Shown in pieces: positions 22,998 through 32,806 of a stretch of DNA of 64,000 bases (position 1 is its first letter; each line of letters starts with the position of its first letter). Source of the DNA: Thermodesulfovibrionales bacterium (lineage in GTDB: Bacteria; Nitrospirota; Thermodesulfovibrionia; Thermodesulfovibrionales; SM23-35). Both the position numbers and the translations under genes were made by a program. The DNA lies in NCBI GenBank assembly GCA_963715195.1, contig CAVQRT010000031.1:160001-224000 (forward strand). Direction: 5' to 3'. The notes below the pieces were generated by a model. That model did no database searches, was not told where the DNA came from, and was given only the letters and a program-made list of their open reading frames with translations.

Positions 22998-23753
22998 ATG
23001 AACATCAAGCGGGCATTCAGAGTGTGGCAGAGAAATTTTACGGTCTATACCAAACTCTACAAATCTGGTCTGGCACTGAATTTTGTTGAACCAGTCCTCT
23101 ATCTGGCAGCTTTAGGGCTCGGCCTCGGCGGATTTGTCCGTGAGATAAACGGTGTTCCGTATATTCAGTTTATTGCCCCCGGTATCATTGCCTCATCGTC
23201 CATGTTTGCAGCAATCTACGAGTGCACCTATGGCACCTATGTGCGAATGAAGTACCAGAAAACATTCGACGCAATTCTGGCAACCCCGGTAAACCTTGAT
23301 GACCTGGTGCTCGGCGAACTCCTCTGGGGGGCGACGAAGAGCCTGCTTTACGGGTCAATCATTATTCTTGTTATCGCTCTTTTCGGGCTTGTCGATTCTC
23401 CCCTGATAATTCTTGTTGTACCGGTCCTTCTCATAAGCGGCTTGATCTTTTCGGAAATATCGGTAATTTTTACGGCGGTTATTCCCGGGATCGATTCGTA
23501 TAACTATTTCTATACCCTTTTCATGACGCCGATGTTTCTCTTTTCCGGGATTTTCTTCCCTCTTGATAATCTTCCTTCCGTCATTTCTCAAATTGCCTTT
23601 TTCACGCCCCTCTATCACCTGGTAAACATATGCAGAGGCCTGGCATCAGGGGAGTTTGCGCTCTGCACATGGGATACCGTCTGGCTTCTTGTCGTGGTCC
23701 TGATTCTCGCTCCCTATCCCTTCAGGTTAATGCGCAAAAGAATTGTGGAATGA
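22998..23753 (+). CDS. ABC-2 type permease (NodJ-like)
   Basis: EPVLYL, FIAPG, FLFSGIFFP, TPLYH; hydrophobic segments. Confidence 0.9.
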   Translation: MNIKRAFRVWQRNFTVYTKLYKSGLALNFVEPVLYLAALGLGLGGFVREINGVPYIQFIAPGIIASSSMFAAIYECTYGTYVRMKYQKTFDAILATPVNLDDLVLGELLWGATKSLLYGSIIILVIALFGLVDSPLIILVVPVLLISGLIFSEISVIFTAVIPGIDSYNYFYTLFMTPMFLFSGIFFPLDNLPSVISQIAFFTPLYHLVNICRGLASGEFALCTWDTVWLLVVVLILAPYPFRLMRKRIVE

Positions 23754-23776
23754 TCGATATTTTTATGAAAAAGATA

Positions 23777-25120
23777 TCAAGGTGTCTTGATATCGTATGC
23801 CTTTATTTTCCGGTGAAGGTTGCTGCGCTCGATGTCGAGGATTTCCGAAGTCTTTGAAATGTTCCAGTTATTCTCCTCAAGCTTCCGGATGATAAAGTCT
23901 TTTTCGAATGATTCCCGTGCATCTTTCAGCGTATTGAACGTAAAGTAGTCTGAACGGACAGCTTCCCCAAGAATAATGTTCCGGGGGGTTACCGTAGCGG
24001 ATGGAGTCATGATGACGAGCCGCTCAATGACATTCCTGAGTTCCCTGATATTCCCCGGCCAATTGTAAAGCTCAAGCATTTTCAATCCTTCGGGAGTAAT
24101 TTTCTTTGGTTTTTGACCAGATTCCGTTGCAAAGTATCCCAGAAAATAATCGACCAATTCCGGAATATCCTCTTTTCGCTCCCTGAGGGGAGGCAGGTGA
24201 ATCGGGATAACATTCAGTCTGTACAGGAGATCGTCCCTGAAGGCACCCTTCTTCATCTCCTCGGAAAGATCTTTGTTTGTGGCAGAAATAATTCTGACAT
24301 CTACCTTGATATTTTTGCTGCCGCCCACGCGCTGGAATTCCTGGGTTTCAATCACCCGAAGCACCTTGGCCTGCGTCGAGAGTGACATATCCCCTACTTC
24401 ATCAAGAAAAAGAGTCCCTTCGTCAGCAAGTTCGAATTTGCCTTTCTTCCGTTCAAAAGCGCCGGTAAAGGAACCCTTTTCATGACCGAAGAGCTCGCTT
24501 TCAATGAGTTCCTGAGGTATTGCAGCACAGTTCATTTCGATGAATGGCCTGCCTGCCCGTGAACTTTTTTCGTGGAGGATATGAGCAGCAAGCTCTTTCC
24601 CGGAACCGCTCTCGCCGAGGATGAGTACCCTGCCGTTGCTCTTTGCGGCCATATCGATCTGTTCGCTGAGTTGGCTCATTTTCGGGGAATTACCGATAAG
24701 GCGCCATTTCTTTGTCAAATCCTGTTTGAGGGCTTTATTCTCCATCTCGAGTGACCGTCTTTCCAGCGCCCTGTTGGCAACCAGCAGAACTCTCTCGAGA
24801 GACAGGGGTTTCTCCAGAAAATCATATGCGCCTAACCTCGTTGCATTTACCGCAAGCTCGATATTTCCATGGCCGGAAATCATGACAACAGGGAGTTCCG
24901 GATTCTGTTCCCGTATCCTGGTGAGCGCCTGAATGCCGTCGGTTCCCGGAAGCCAGATATCAAGAAACATCAGGTCCGGGGTCTGTTCTTTCAGCAGGGC
25001 AAAGGCTTCTTCGGCAGTACCTGCTGTCATGACGGTATATCCTTCATCTTCAAAAATTCCCGAGAGACTCTCACGGATTCCCTCCTCATCGTCGACGATA
25101 CATACCAAAGTGTCTCTCAT
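23777..25120 (-). CDS. ntrX: sigma54-dependent response regulator NtrX-like
   Basis: REC (LDIWLP), GESGSGKE, ESELFGHEKGSFTGA, Fis-type HTH; downstream of NtrY-like kinase. Confidence 0.85.
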   Translation of the reverse strand: MRDTLVCIVDDEEGIRESLSGIFEDEGYTVMTAGTAEEAFALLKEQTPDLMFLDIWLPGTDGIQALTRIREQNPELPVVMISGHGNIELAVNATRLGAYDFLEKPLSLERVLLVANRALERRSLEMENKALKQDLTKKWRLIGNSPKMSQLSEQIDMAAKSNGRVLILGESGSGKELAAHILHEKSSRAGRPFIEMNCAAIPQELIESELFGHEKGSFTGAFERKKGKFELADEGTLFLDEVGDMSLSTQAKVLRVIETQEFQRVGGSKNIKVDVRIISATNKDLSEEMKKGAFRDDLLYRLNVIPIHLPPLRERKEDIPELVDYFLGYFATESGQKPKKITPEGLKMLELYNWPGNIRELRNVIERLVIMTPSATVTPRNIILGEAVRSDYFTFNTLKDARESFEKDFIIRKLEENNWNISKTSEILDIERSNLHRKIKAYDIKTP

Positions 25121-27160
25121 TTAACTCTCCTTCACCGGTATCGATATGGAAAAAACCGAACCATGCGGTTCGTTGTCATGGACTCTGATGTGGCCTCCGT
25201 GTTCCGTAACAATCCTGTTTGCTATCGCAAGGCCGAGGCCTGTGCCGTTTTTCTTGGTAGAAAAATATGGCAGAAACAATTTCTCCTTGTCCTTATCCAG
25301 AATGCCTGGTCCATTGTCCGCAATTGCTACCTGGGCTGTTTCGGAGAACGCGTCAAAGCCGACGCTCACATCGATCCTGCCGCTGTTCGTAATTGCCTGT
25401 ATCGCATTGTCAAAAATATTGATGAAGACCCTTTTGAATTGTTCCCCGTCGAGTTCGACCTGCGGAAGATTATCAGTGGCCGTAATGGTTATCTCCACAT
25501 TTTTATAATCCCTGTAGAGATCTGCGACCTCGTTGAGCAGAGCAGGAAGCGAACTCGGCATCTTCCGGATCTCTGGCATAGTGCCGAATTTTGAGAATTC
25601 ATCAACCAGCCTCTTGAGGCTATCGACTTCCTTGACAATGGTTCTTGCAGACCGGTAGAAAACATCTTCGAAATCAGGTTCTTTCTGCTCCCATTTTTTC
25701 AGCATCCGTTCTGCAGAGAGCTTGATGGGGGTCAGCGGATTTTTGATCTCATGGGCGATTTTTTTTGCAACATCCTGCCATGTCAGGGCTTTCTGGGCTT
25801 CAATGATGTCAGTGATATCGTCAAAGACAACGAGCATGCCGATATATTTTTCTGCGTCCTTCAGGCCGATAATGAACACCTGGAGGGTGAGCTTCTCCCC
25901 GCCTGCCATCGCTTTTACCTCTCTCCTGACAGCTTTGAATTCCTTCCCTTCAATGCTGCTGACGACATTTCTGAGCTCTTCGGAATGTATCAGTGCGAGC
26001 AGCTCACGGTAATGCCTGTTCAGCACTTGGTCGGGGCTGATGGTGATGATTGAACACGCACGCTTGTTGATCATAAGGATACGACCCGTGGTGTCAAGCA
26101 TGATAACCCCGGAGTTAATGTTGTCGAGGATATTTTCCAGGAAAAGTCTTCGCCGGTCGGATTCAAGGTATGCCGACTGCAGCGATTCCTTCCCTTCCTT
26201 TAATTCGTTTACCATATGATTAAATGAATTCACGAGGAGACCTATTTCATCCTCCCGGTTGATTTGAACCTGCACTTCAAGGTCACCCGCGGCAACAAGC
26301 TCAGTCGCCTGTGCAAGGCTCTGCACGGGGTCTGTAATCCCTTTTGAAATTTTCAGTCCCGCCCAAAGCGCAATCAGCGCGATAACCAGGGTAAGGAGGC
26401 CGAGGGTAAGGAGGTAATTGATCTTTATGGGCAGTTTCCACGCTTCGAGTGCAAGGTAATTCTCGTAGGCGTCCTTTATATTCCCCACATGCTTTATAAT
26501 TTTGGGAGAGATCCGGGATTCGATGACGATTACCCCTGTCTGCTTTCCTTTTTTGTTGTATTCCGGAAGAGCAGCCCGAACGATATCACCCCGTTTGAGG
26601 GAAATAACCTCGGTGCCTTCTTTACCGGCAAAGGCGGCTTCGAGGGTTTCAGTGGCATTCTTCGGCATGGAGGAAAACCGAACAACAGTGTAATTTTTTG
26701 ATAATTGTCCGCCTGCACGAAAAACCCTTGCACTGTAGAGCGCCTTCTGCTTTTCGATCTCATAAATAGTTTTTGCAATCTCTATGGAGTCCTCCAGAGG
26801 CTTCTTTATCTGCGGTGCAAACCATCTGTCGATATAATTTGCAATGAGTCCGCCGGAGAGGATGAACAGGAAGAGGGCAGGCAGGAGCGTCAGTGCCACC
26901 AGAATGATGACGAGCCTTGTTTTGAATTTATATCCGAGGACTTTGTTCTTTCTCTCGAGAATAAGTTTTACGATGCTTTTTGAGACAAAGAACACGAGAA
27001 CCAGAAATGCAAGGATTGTTATGTTCAGGAGCAGGAGCAGGATTATTCGCGTCAGCAAGGGGATTCCCCCGTGTTTTAAATAATGAATCTCTATGGCGAA
27101 AGAGGCAATGAGCAGAACAAACAGAGCGATTAATGAAGCACGGAAAAGGGGTTTTTTCAT
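25121..27160 (-). CDS. ntrY: HAMP/PAS sensor histidine kinase NtrY-like
   Basis: N-terminal TMs, HAMP, PAS, WQDVAKKIAHEIKNPLTPI, GTGLGL. Confidence 0.85.
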   Translation of the reverse strand: MKKPLFRASLIALFVLLIASFAIEIHYLKHGGIPLLTRIILLLLLNITILAFLVLVFFVSKSIVKLILERKNKVLGYKFKTRLVIILVALTLLPALFLFILSGGLIANYIDRWFAPQIKKPLEDSIEIAKTIYEIEKQKALYSARVFRAGGQLSKNYTVVRFSSMPKNATETLEAAFAGKEGTEVISLKRGDIVRAALPEYNKKGKQTGVIVIESRISPKIIKHVGNIKDAYENYLALEAWKLPIKINYLLTLGLLTLVIALIALWAGLKISKGITDPVQSLAQATELVAAGDLEVQVQINREDEIGLLVNSFNHMVNELKEGKESLQSAYLESDRRRLFLENILDNINSGVIMLDTTGRILMINKRACSIITISPDQVLNRHYRELLALIHSEELRNVVSSIEGKEFKAVRREVKAMAGGEKLTLQVFIIGLKDAEKYIGMLVVFDDITDIIEAQKALTWQDVAKKIAHEIKNPLTPIKLSAERMLKKWEQKEPDFEDVFYRSARTIVKEVDSLKRLVDEFSKFGTMPEIRKMPSSLPALLNEVADLYRDYKNVEITITATDNLPQVELDGEQFKRVFINIFDNAIQAITNSGRIDVSVGFDAFSETAQVAIADNGPGILDKDKEKLFLPYFSTKKNGTGLGLAIANRIVTEHGGHIRVHDNEPHGSVFSISIPVKES

Positions 27161-27723
27161 TCCTGAGTACCTGCAGTGAAATGGGGAGAATCTTTCCGGA
27201 TTTTGAATTCGTTTTCAGGGAGAAAAATCATAAAGTACCCGATGACAGGTGGTAGTTTTCTGATCTTCGATTCGACACTCACCCTGACAAAATAGCTGCC
27301 CTGTTCCAGTTCCCTGACGTTTGCAAGCTTCAGATCGTTAATGATCAATGCCCACCCTATCATCGATTCGAATGATTTGAACTTTTTTTGCACAATGGTA
27401 TTCCCGTCACCGGAAGCCGACCGGTATTCGAGGGTTACCGGGTCGCTCTTCAGAGTACGAACAAAATATTTACCGGTGACAAATTCATCAGGCCATATCT
27501 TCCAGACTCTGAACAGATCGACGGTAAACCTGAGCTCTTTCGTTACACCGTTTCGCAGTTCCTGCAATGATTTTTCGTTCAGTGAAAGGGAAGCAGTAAC
27601 ACGGATTTGGTTGTCATGAATTTCAACTTCAGGCCCGATAATTTCCGTTTCCCCTGCCGAGGAATATGAACAAAACAGTATAAGGGAAAACGTCAGGGTC
27701 AGAAGTTGTGTCAATACTTTCAT
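27157..27723 (-). CDS. DUF4390-like exported protein
   Basis: Signal peptide MKVLTQLL...SSA; conserved position upstream of ntrY. Confidence 0.6.
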   Translation of the reverse strand: MKVLTQLLTLTFSLILFCSYSSAGETEIIGPEVEIHDNQIRVTASLSLNEKSLQELRNGVTKELRFTVDLFRVWKIWPDEFVTGKYFVRTLKSDPVTLEYRSASGDGNTIVQKKFKSFESMIGWALIINDLKLANVRELEQGSYFVRVSVESKIRKLPPVIGYFMIFLPENEFKIRKDSPHFTAGTQE

Positions 27724-27893
27724 GTGCACTGTCAGCGTTGAATGTATGTATTTGAACGCATTCCGGAAAGCGAGACTTGACATAATGAAAAATTTATTTT
27801 CATTATATCATAGCTCTGAAGGTGAAAAATCGCGAACCGGAAGAGTGAAGTCCCTGAAAACAATGCTCAGGGAAACACGACAAAGGGGGAGTC

Positions 27894-28220
27894 ATGATTC
27901 CCGAACTGAAATATGATGAAAAAGGTTTAATCCCGGCTATTATCCAGGATGCCGTAAATGGTGACATTCTGATGATGGCGTATATGAACAGAGAATCTCT
28001 GAAAATGACTCTTGAAACAGGCTATACCCATTTCTGGTCCCGCTCACGTCAACAATACTGGAAGAAGGGAGAGACGTCCGGCAATGTTCAAGAGGTCAGG
28101 GAAATTTTTTTTGATTGTGATGCAGATACACTTCTCGTGAAGGTTGTCCAGCACGGGCCAGGTGCATGCCATACCGGCAACAGGACCTGTTTTTACCGGA
28201 ACATCATTCGAGATGGATGA
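27894..28220 (+). CDS. hisI: Phosphoribosyl-AMP cyclohydrolase
   Basis: [33 protein letters not shown]. Confidence 0.96.
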   Translation: MIPELKYDEKGLIPAIIQDAVNGDILMMAYMNRESLKMTLETGYTHFWSRSRQQYWKKGETSGNVQEVREIFFDCDADTLLVKVVQHGPGACHTGNRTCFYRNIIRDG

Positions 28221-28677
28221 TGACCGCATTCTCATCACACTCCGGAAAGCGCGGGCAGCGAACACAGTCGCCCCATATTTTCTGGGGGAGAGCCGCTTTG
28301 TCGATGTCGTAAAACCCTAATTTCTTAAAGAAATCAGGGTGATAGGTAAGTGCAAATGTCCTCGTTATCCCGAGATTTCGCGCCTCCCTGAGGCAGTGCT
28401 TCACCAGGTTTCTGCCTATGCCGTGCCTCTGGAATCGATTCTCTACAGCCAGCGACCGTATTTCCGCGAGATCATCCCACATGATGTGGAGCGCACAGAC
28501 ACCGCATACATCTCCCTCAACTTCGCATACCATGAAATCCCTCAGGGTTTCATACAGTTCATTCAGGGAACGCGGGATCATCTGACCCCGTTTTGCGAAA
28601 TCATTGATCAGCCTGTGGGCCTGCTTAAGATCCGGTATCCTTGCCTTCCGTATTTTCAATGTAGCGTATCCCTTCAA
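28204..28677 (-). CDS. argA: GNAT N-acetyltransferase, short ArgA-like (start may be TTG 28659)
   Basis: [39 protein letters not shown]. Confidence 0.75.
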   Translation of the reverse strand: MKGYATLKIRKARIPDLKQAHRLINDFAKRGQMIPRSLNELYETLRDFMVCEVEGDVCGVCALHIMWDDLAEIRSLAVENRFQRHGIGRNLVKHCLREARNLGITRTFALTYHPDFFKKLGFYDIDKAALPQKIWGDCVRCPRFPECDENAVIIHLE

Positions 28678-29188
28678 GAATTGCTTTTTGATTTTCTTCG
28701 ATGAGATTCTTTTTCTTTCCCTGCATCAAACTCTCAACCGCCTGAAAGGCAGATTCTCTGTGCACCGAACCTGTTTTTGCGATAAATCCCCCGAGCATGA
28801 CCATGTTGGCTGATTTTGTGTGTCCGATTCTGTTCGCTATGTCTGTTGCAGGAATCCCTGCGATATCGATATCATTTCGTGAAATGTGCTCCCTGATCAG
28901 AGAGGAATCGAACAGGAAAAAGCCGTTCTTCTTCAGTTGCGGCAGGAACCTGTTCTTCGATGCATTGTTCATAACGATCAGGATATCCGGACAGGTAACG
29001 ACCGGGGAACCGATAAGGGCGTCTGAAAGAATAACGGTGCAATTTGCGGTTCCGCCTCGTACTTCTGCTCCGTATGAGGGGAACCAGGTAACTTCGCGGT
29101 CTTCTATCATTCCTGCATGCGCAAGGGTTTTGCCGAAAAACAGGATGCCCTGCCCGCCGAATCCCCCTATGATAATTTTGATTTCCAG
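28625..29188 (-). CDS. 2-oxoacid:acceptor oxidoreductase gamma subunit (likely CTG start)
   Basis: Frame extends 26 codons above track start to include IIIGGFGGQG; PSYGAEVRGG, NMVMLG. Confidence 0.85.
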   Translation of the reverse strand: MEIKIIIGGFGGQGILFFGKTLAHAGMIEDREVTWFPSYGAEVRGGTANCTVILSDALIGSPVVTCPDILIVMNNASKNRFLPQLKKNGFFLFDSSLIREHISRNDIDIAGIPATDIANRIGHTKSANMVMLGGFIAKTGSVHRESAFQAVESLMQGKKKNLIEENQKAILEGIRYIENTEGKDTGS

Positions 29189-29938
29189 TTATTGTGTCTC
29201 CCGACAGCTGTCCTTGAAAGTTCCGAGGGGATATATCGGGATCATTTTTTGCCGGATCCACTGAAGTGCATCTCTTGGTGACAGGTCCCAGTCCACAGGG
29301 CAGGGAGACAGAATCTCGACAAGGCTGAACCCTTTCTCCTCCATCTGGTACCTGAAGGATGTTTCGATTGCCTTTTTTGTTGTGACAAGATTCTTGTATG
29401 AATCCAGAGAGGTCCTCGAGATATATGAAGGTCCTTCAAGGGTTGCGAGCAGTTCGGCTATGCGCAAAGGATTTCCATCCGTCTCCCGTTTTCTTCCGGA
29501 AGGGGTGGTCGATGTTTTTTGACCGGGAAGGCTTGTCGGTGCCATCTGGCCGCCGGTCATCCCATAGGTTGCATTATTTACAAAAAAGACAGAGATGTTT
29601 TCTCCCCTGTTTGCAGCATGGATTATCTCGGCGGTACCGATTGCGGCAAGGTCACCGTCACCCTGGTATGAAAAGATTATCCTGTCCGGCAAGGAACGTT
29701 TCAGACCGGTCGCTGCGGCAGGAGGTCTGCCGTGCGGAACCTCGAGCATATCGAAATTGAAGTAATCATAGGCAAACACGGCGCATCCGATCGGAGCTAT
29801 TCCGATAACCTTTTCCCGTATGCCCATGGTATCGATCACCTCTGCAATGAGCCTGTGGATGAGGCTGTGCCCGCATCCGGGACAGTGCCTGAACGGCTCC
29901 TGCTTAAGACTTACCGGCCTCTGGAATACCTTTTTCAC
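29189..29938 (-). CDS. 2-oxoacid:ferredoxin oxidoreductase beta subunit (TPP-binding)
   Basis: CPGCGH, YQGDGDLAAIG, NNATYGMTGGQ, LSPCP. Confidence 0.92.
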   Translation of the reverse strand: MKKVFQRPVSLKQEPFRHCPGCGHSLIHRLIAEVIDTMGIREKVIGIAPIGCAVFAYDYFNFDMLEVPHGRPPAAATGLKRSLPDRIIFSYQGDGDLAAIGTAEIIHAANRGENISVFFVNNATYGMTGGQMAPTSLPGQKTSTTPSGRKRETDGNPLRIAELLATLEGPSYISRTSLDSYKNLVTTKKAIETSFRYQMEEKGFSLVEILSPCPVDWDLSPRDALQWIRQKMIPIYPLGTFKDSCRETQ

Positions 29939-30926
29939 TTGCCTCCTTCATTTCCAGTAATGCTCCCTCGAGCAGACCATAATCACTTACGATCAATTCG
30001 CGGAAACGGAACAATTCCATCACCTTCATTGTAAATTGTACCCCAGGTATAATCAAGTCTGCCCGCCCGGGTTCAAGCCCCCGAATTTTTTTTCGCTCAG
30101 TCAGGGAGAGCTGCAAGAATGTTTTCTGCATTTGTTTCAGCCTGGAGAGAGGGATACGGTGAAGATGAATCTTTTGACGGGAGTAAGAATCAAGACCGAG
30201 ATCGACAGACGCAACGGTCGTGAACGTGCCTCCGGTCCCGATAAACAGGGTGGCTCCGGGATCCAGGCGCCCCGTATCTGGTCCAAAGTTATTTAATACA
30301 GTAACTATTTCCCGGTTCAACAGCATGACGTCGTGGGGTGAGGCTGGATCAGCGGTAATGCATGTCTGGGCGAGCTTTATCACTCCGGAAGGGAGACTCC
30401 CCATCATGTTCCGGTCTTCTCCCTGATAAATAATCCATTCCGAGCTCCCACCCCCGATGTCCATGATAAACAGAGAACGCTGGTGTGACCGCCCTGTATC
30501 CCCCTGCTGTATGATGGGAACACGCCCGCGCGCTGCTCCTGTTTCTGCAGGTGAAAATGCCTGGAGGATGCCTTTGAGAGTGAGTTGAGCCTCTTTTTCT
30601 CCGGAAATTATCTCAATCTGTATGCACGCTGCATCTCGTGCACGCTGCATGAAGATGCCGGAGTTTTGTGCTTCCCGCAGAGCGCTCGTTCCGAGTGCCC
30701 TGACATGTTTGATTCGAAATCGGTTTATGACTGATGCGAATCCGCTGAGTGCCTGCAAGGATGCTTCCATGTTTTCAGTCTGGAGGATTCCGGTTTGACC
30801 AACCATGCTGCCAAGGCGGGTTATTTTCCTGTCGGTATAGATGTCAATAATCCGGTTGTCAACGAATTCGCCGATAAGTATACGTAGTGTATTGGAACCC
30901 ACATCTATCGATGCAAAATGCGGCAT
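29904..30926 (-). CDS. ppx: Ppx/GppA family phosphatase
   Basis: IDVGSNT, TSALREAQN, DIGGGSSE, GLLEG. Confidence 0.88.
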   Translation of the reverse strand: MPHFASIDVGSNTLRILIGEFVDNRIIDIYTDRKITRLGSMVGQTGILQTENMEASLQALSGFASVINRFRIKHVRALGTSALREAQNSGIFMQRARDAACIQIEIISGEKEAQLTLKGILQAFSPAETGAARGRVPIIQQGDTGRSHQRSLFIMDIGGGSSEWIIYQGEDRNMMGSLPSGVIKLAQTCITADPASPHDVMLLNREIVTVLNNFGPDTGRLDPGATLFIGTGGTFTTVASVDLGLDSYSRQKIHLHRIPLSRLKQMQKTFLQLSLTERKKIRGLEPGRADLIIPGVQFTMKVMELFRFRELIVSDYGLLEGALLEMKEASEKGIPEAGKS

Positions 30927-31067
30927 TGCGGAGATATTATAAACAAGCCTCCAGGATAAAGGCATCATTCCGCTAACTCATGGTAACGATATTGCAATTA
31001 TGCTGTTTTTTATGGTATAAAATTCAGTTATCGAAAAGTGAAAATATGAACCAAGGAGATATTGTTG

Positions 31068-31424
31068 ATGAATGTGTATGAGAACATGATTATTCTCAAT
31101 GCAGCGATATCCGATGAAGAGGCAGATGCTGCGGTTGCGAGGATAAAAGACCTGATTGCGGGCCAGGGCGGAGAGGTCCTGAAAGTTGATGTTTGGGGGA
31201 GAAGAAAACTTGCTTATGAGATCAAGAAGCAGCGAAAGGGACTCTATGTGCTCCTTTTTTACAAGGCGCCTGCTCCGACCATAAAAAAACTCGAAGATTT
31301 TTTCAAAGTATTTGATTCCGTACTGAAATACATAATTTTCAGGCTCGGGCGCAAACAGATTCAGAACTTTGAAAAGGCTGAGTCTCCGGCAGAGAAGCCC
31401 GCGGAGCAGAAAAGTCAGGAATAA
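31068..31424 (+). CDS. rpsF: 30S ribosomal protein S6
   Basis: YENMIIL, WGRRKLAYEIKK. Confidence 0.96.
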   Translation: MNVYENMIILNAAISDEEADAAVARIKDLIAGQGGEVLKVDVWGRRKLAYEIKKQRKGLYVLLFYKAPAPTIKKLEDFFKVFDSVLKYIIFRLGRKQIQNFEKAESPAEKPAEQKSQE

Positions 31425-31822
31425 TGTACAACAAAATCATCCTCATCGGGAACCTTACGAAGGACCCCGAATTACGATACACACCTCAGGGAACGCCGGT
31501 GGCATCCTTCAGGCTCGCTGTCAACTACCGGTACAAACAGTCCGATGAGATGAAGCAGGAGACGATGTTTATCGACAACGTTATTTTCGGCAAACAGGCT
31601 GAGTCGTGCAGCAAATATCTGAACAAAGGGAGTTCAGTTCTTGTTGAGGGAAGACTCCAGGAGAGACGATGGGAAACGAACGGGCAGCAAAAGAGCAAAT
31701 TCGAAGTCGTTGCCCAGTCTGTCAGGTTTCTCTCACGGAGAGGAGGCGCCCAGGAATCGTCATTTGGCGGAGAAGGGGATACGATTCCACCCGAAGAAAC
31801 AACAGATCTGGAGCCGTTTTAA
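31424..31822 (+). CDS. ssb: Single-stranded DNA-binding protein
   Basis: NKIILIGNLTKDPELRYTP, acidic tail ending EPF. Confidence 0.96.
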   Translation: MYNKIILIGNLTKDPELRYTPQGTPVASFRLAVNYRYKQSDEMKQETMFIDNVIFGKQAESCSKYLNKGSSVLVEGRLQERRWETNGQQKSKFEVVAQSVRFLSRRGGAQESSFGGEGDTIPPEETTDLEPF

Positions 31823-31862
31823 TCTGCTGATCAGATAACTTTACCGGACGAAAGGAGCTACG

Positions 31863-32087
31863 TTGCAACCGAAGAGATTTCAGAGAAGAAAATTTTGCAG
31901 GTTCTGTTCAGAAAAAGTTGAGTTCATTGATTACAAAAATATCAAGGTCCTCAGAAATTATCTGACCGAGAGGGGAAAGGTGCTTCCCAGGAGGATGACC
32001 GGCACCTGCGCAAAGCACCAGCGGGAACTATCTGAGTCGATTAAGCGGGCAAGGAGTATTGCTCTTCTTGGTTTCGCAGAAAAGTAG
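31863..32087 (+). CDS. rpsR: 30S ribosomal protein S18
   Basis: [21 protein letters not shown] start after AAGGAG. Confidence 0.96.
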   Translation: MQPKRFQRRKFCRFCSEKVEFIDYKNIKVLRNYLTERGKVLPRRMTGTCAKHQRELSESIKRARSIALLGFAEK

Positions 32088-32088
32088 G

Positions 32089-32370
32089 ATGAGGATCCCG
32101 AAAACTTGGGTTCCTCTCCTCGCAAAAAGAATTACAGACAATATCCTGTCAAAAAACTTCGCTTCAACAACCATCCCACGGGAAACCCTGATTACCGAGA
32201 CGGAGGGAATCCTGCTCGATGAGCTTACCGTTGAGGACAGACTCAATGAGGAAGTTCGGGAAATACTGAAGACCCATGCTGCTGAAATAGAGAAGGGAAG
32301 GTTGGATTACCGAAGGCTCTTTGAACTTACCAAACAGAAACTGGTGCGGGAAAGGAACATCGTCCTGTGA
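32089..32370 (+). CDS. DUF507-like protein
   Basis: EDRLNEEVREIL...DYRRLF..K.KLVRER. Confidence 0.7.
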   Translation: MRIPKTWVPLLAKRITDNILSKNFASTTIPRETLITETEGILLDELTVEDRLNEEVREILKTHAAEIEKGRLDYRRLFELTKQKLVRERNIVL

Positions 32371-32651
32371 TGCTGTCGGAAGATAAGATTTCCCACCTCA
32401 GTCACGTCCTGCTGAAGGGACTGATGGGTAAAGGCATCATTTCCATTACCGGGGAAGAAGGAAAGGTCCGGGCGGAGATCAAAAGAACCATCGTATCAGA
32501 ATTAAAGGTAGGGGAGGAAATGGACTTCGCCGTTCGGAAAAAAATTCAGTCGTTTTCCAAGAAGGTTGTCGAAGGAAGCCCTGAATGGGACATCCTGTAC
32601 AAGAAATTCTTCAGGGAAGAGGAAGTAAAAAGAGGCAGGCTCCCAGCATAA
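32367..32651 (+). CDS. DUF507-like protein (second type)
   Basis: LSEDKISHLSH, VEGSPEWDILY. Confidence 0.7.
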   Translation: MMLSEDKISHLSHVLLKGLMGKGIISITGEEGKVRAEIKRTIVSELKVGEEMDFAVRKKIQSFSKKVVEGSPEWDILYKKFFREEEVKRGRLPA

Positions 32652-32746
32652 GAGCAAAGTTTATAACCACCTTCCAATAGTTAGCACATCTTTACGCAAA
32701 ACTTACAGCTGTTTCTTCCACTAGTCGGTATCCCGTTCAACTTCAC

Positions 32747-32804
32747 TTGACACAACCGCCTGTGAATTGGTAAATTATTAGCACTTAAACATTGAGAGTG
32801 CTAA
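32747..32804 (+). promoter_or_regulatory. sigma70 promoter plus CIRCE element
   Basis: TTGACA-N18-TAAATT, then TTAGCACTT-N9-GAGTGCTAA (32778-32804) directly before hrcA ATG. Confidence 0.9.
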
Positions 32805-32806
32805 AT

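Noticed and set aside
30478..30555. Repeat origin of the ~25-aa Ppx insertion and of the YggS C-terminal tail (19055-19105)
   Set aside because: Only faint resemblance to REP-like sequences and no matching intergenic copy seen
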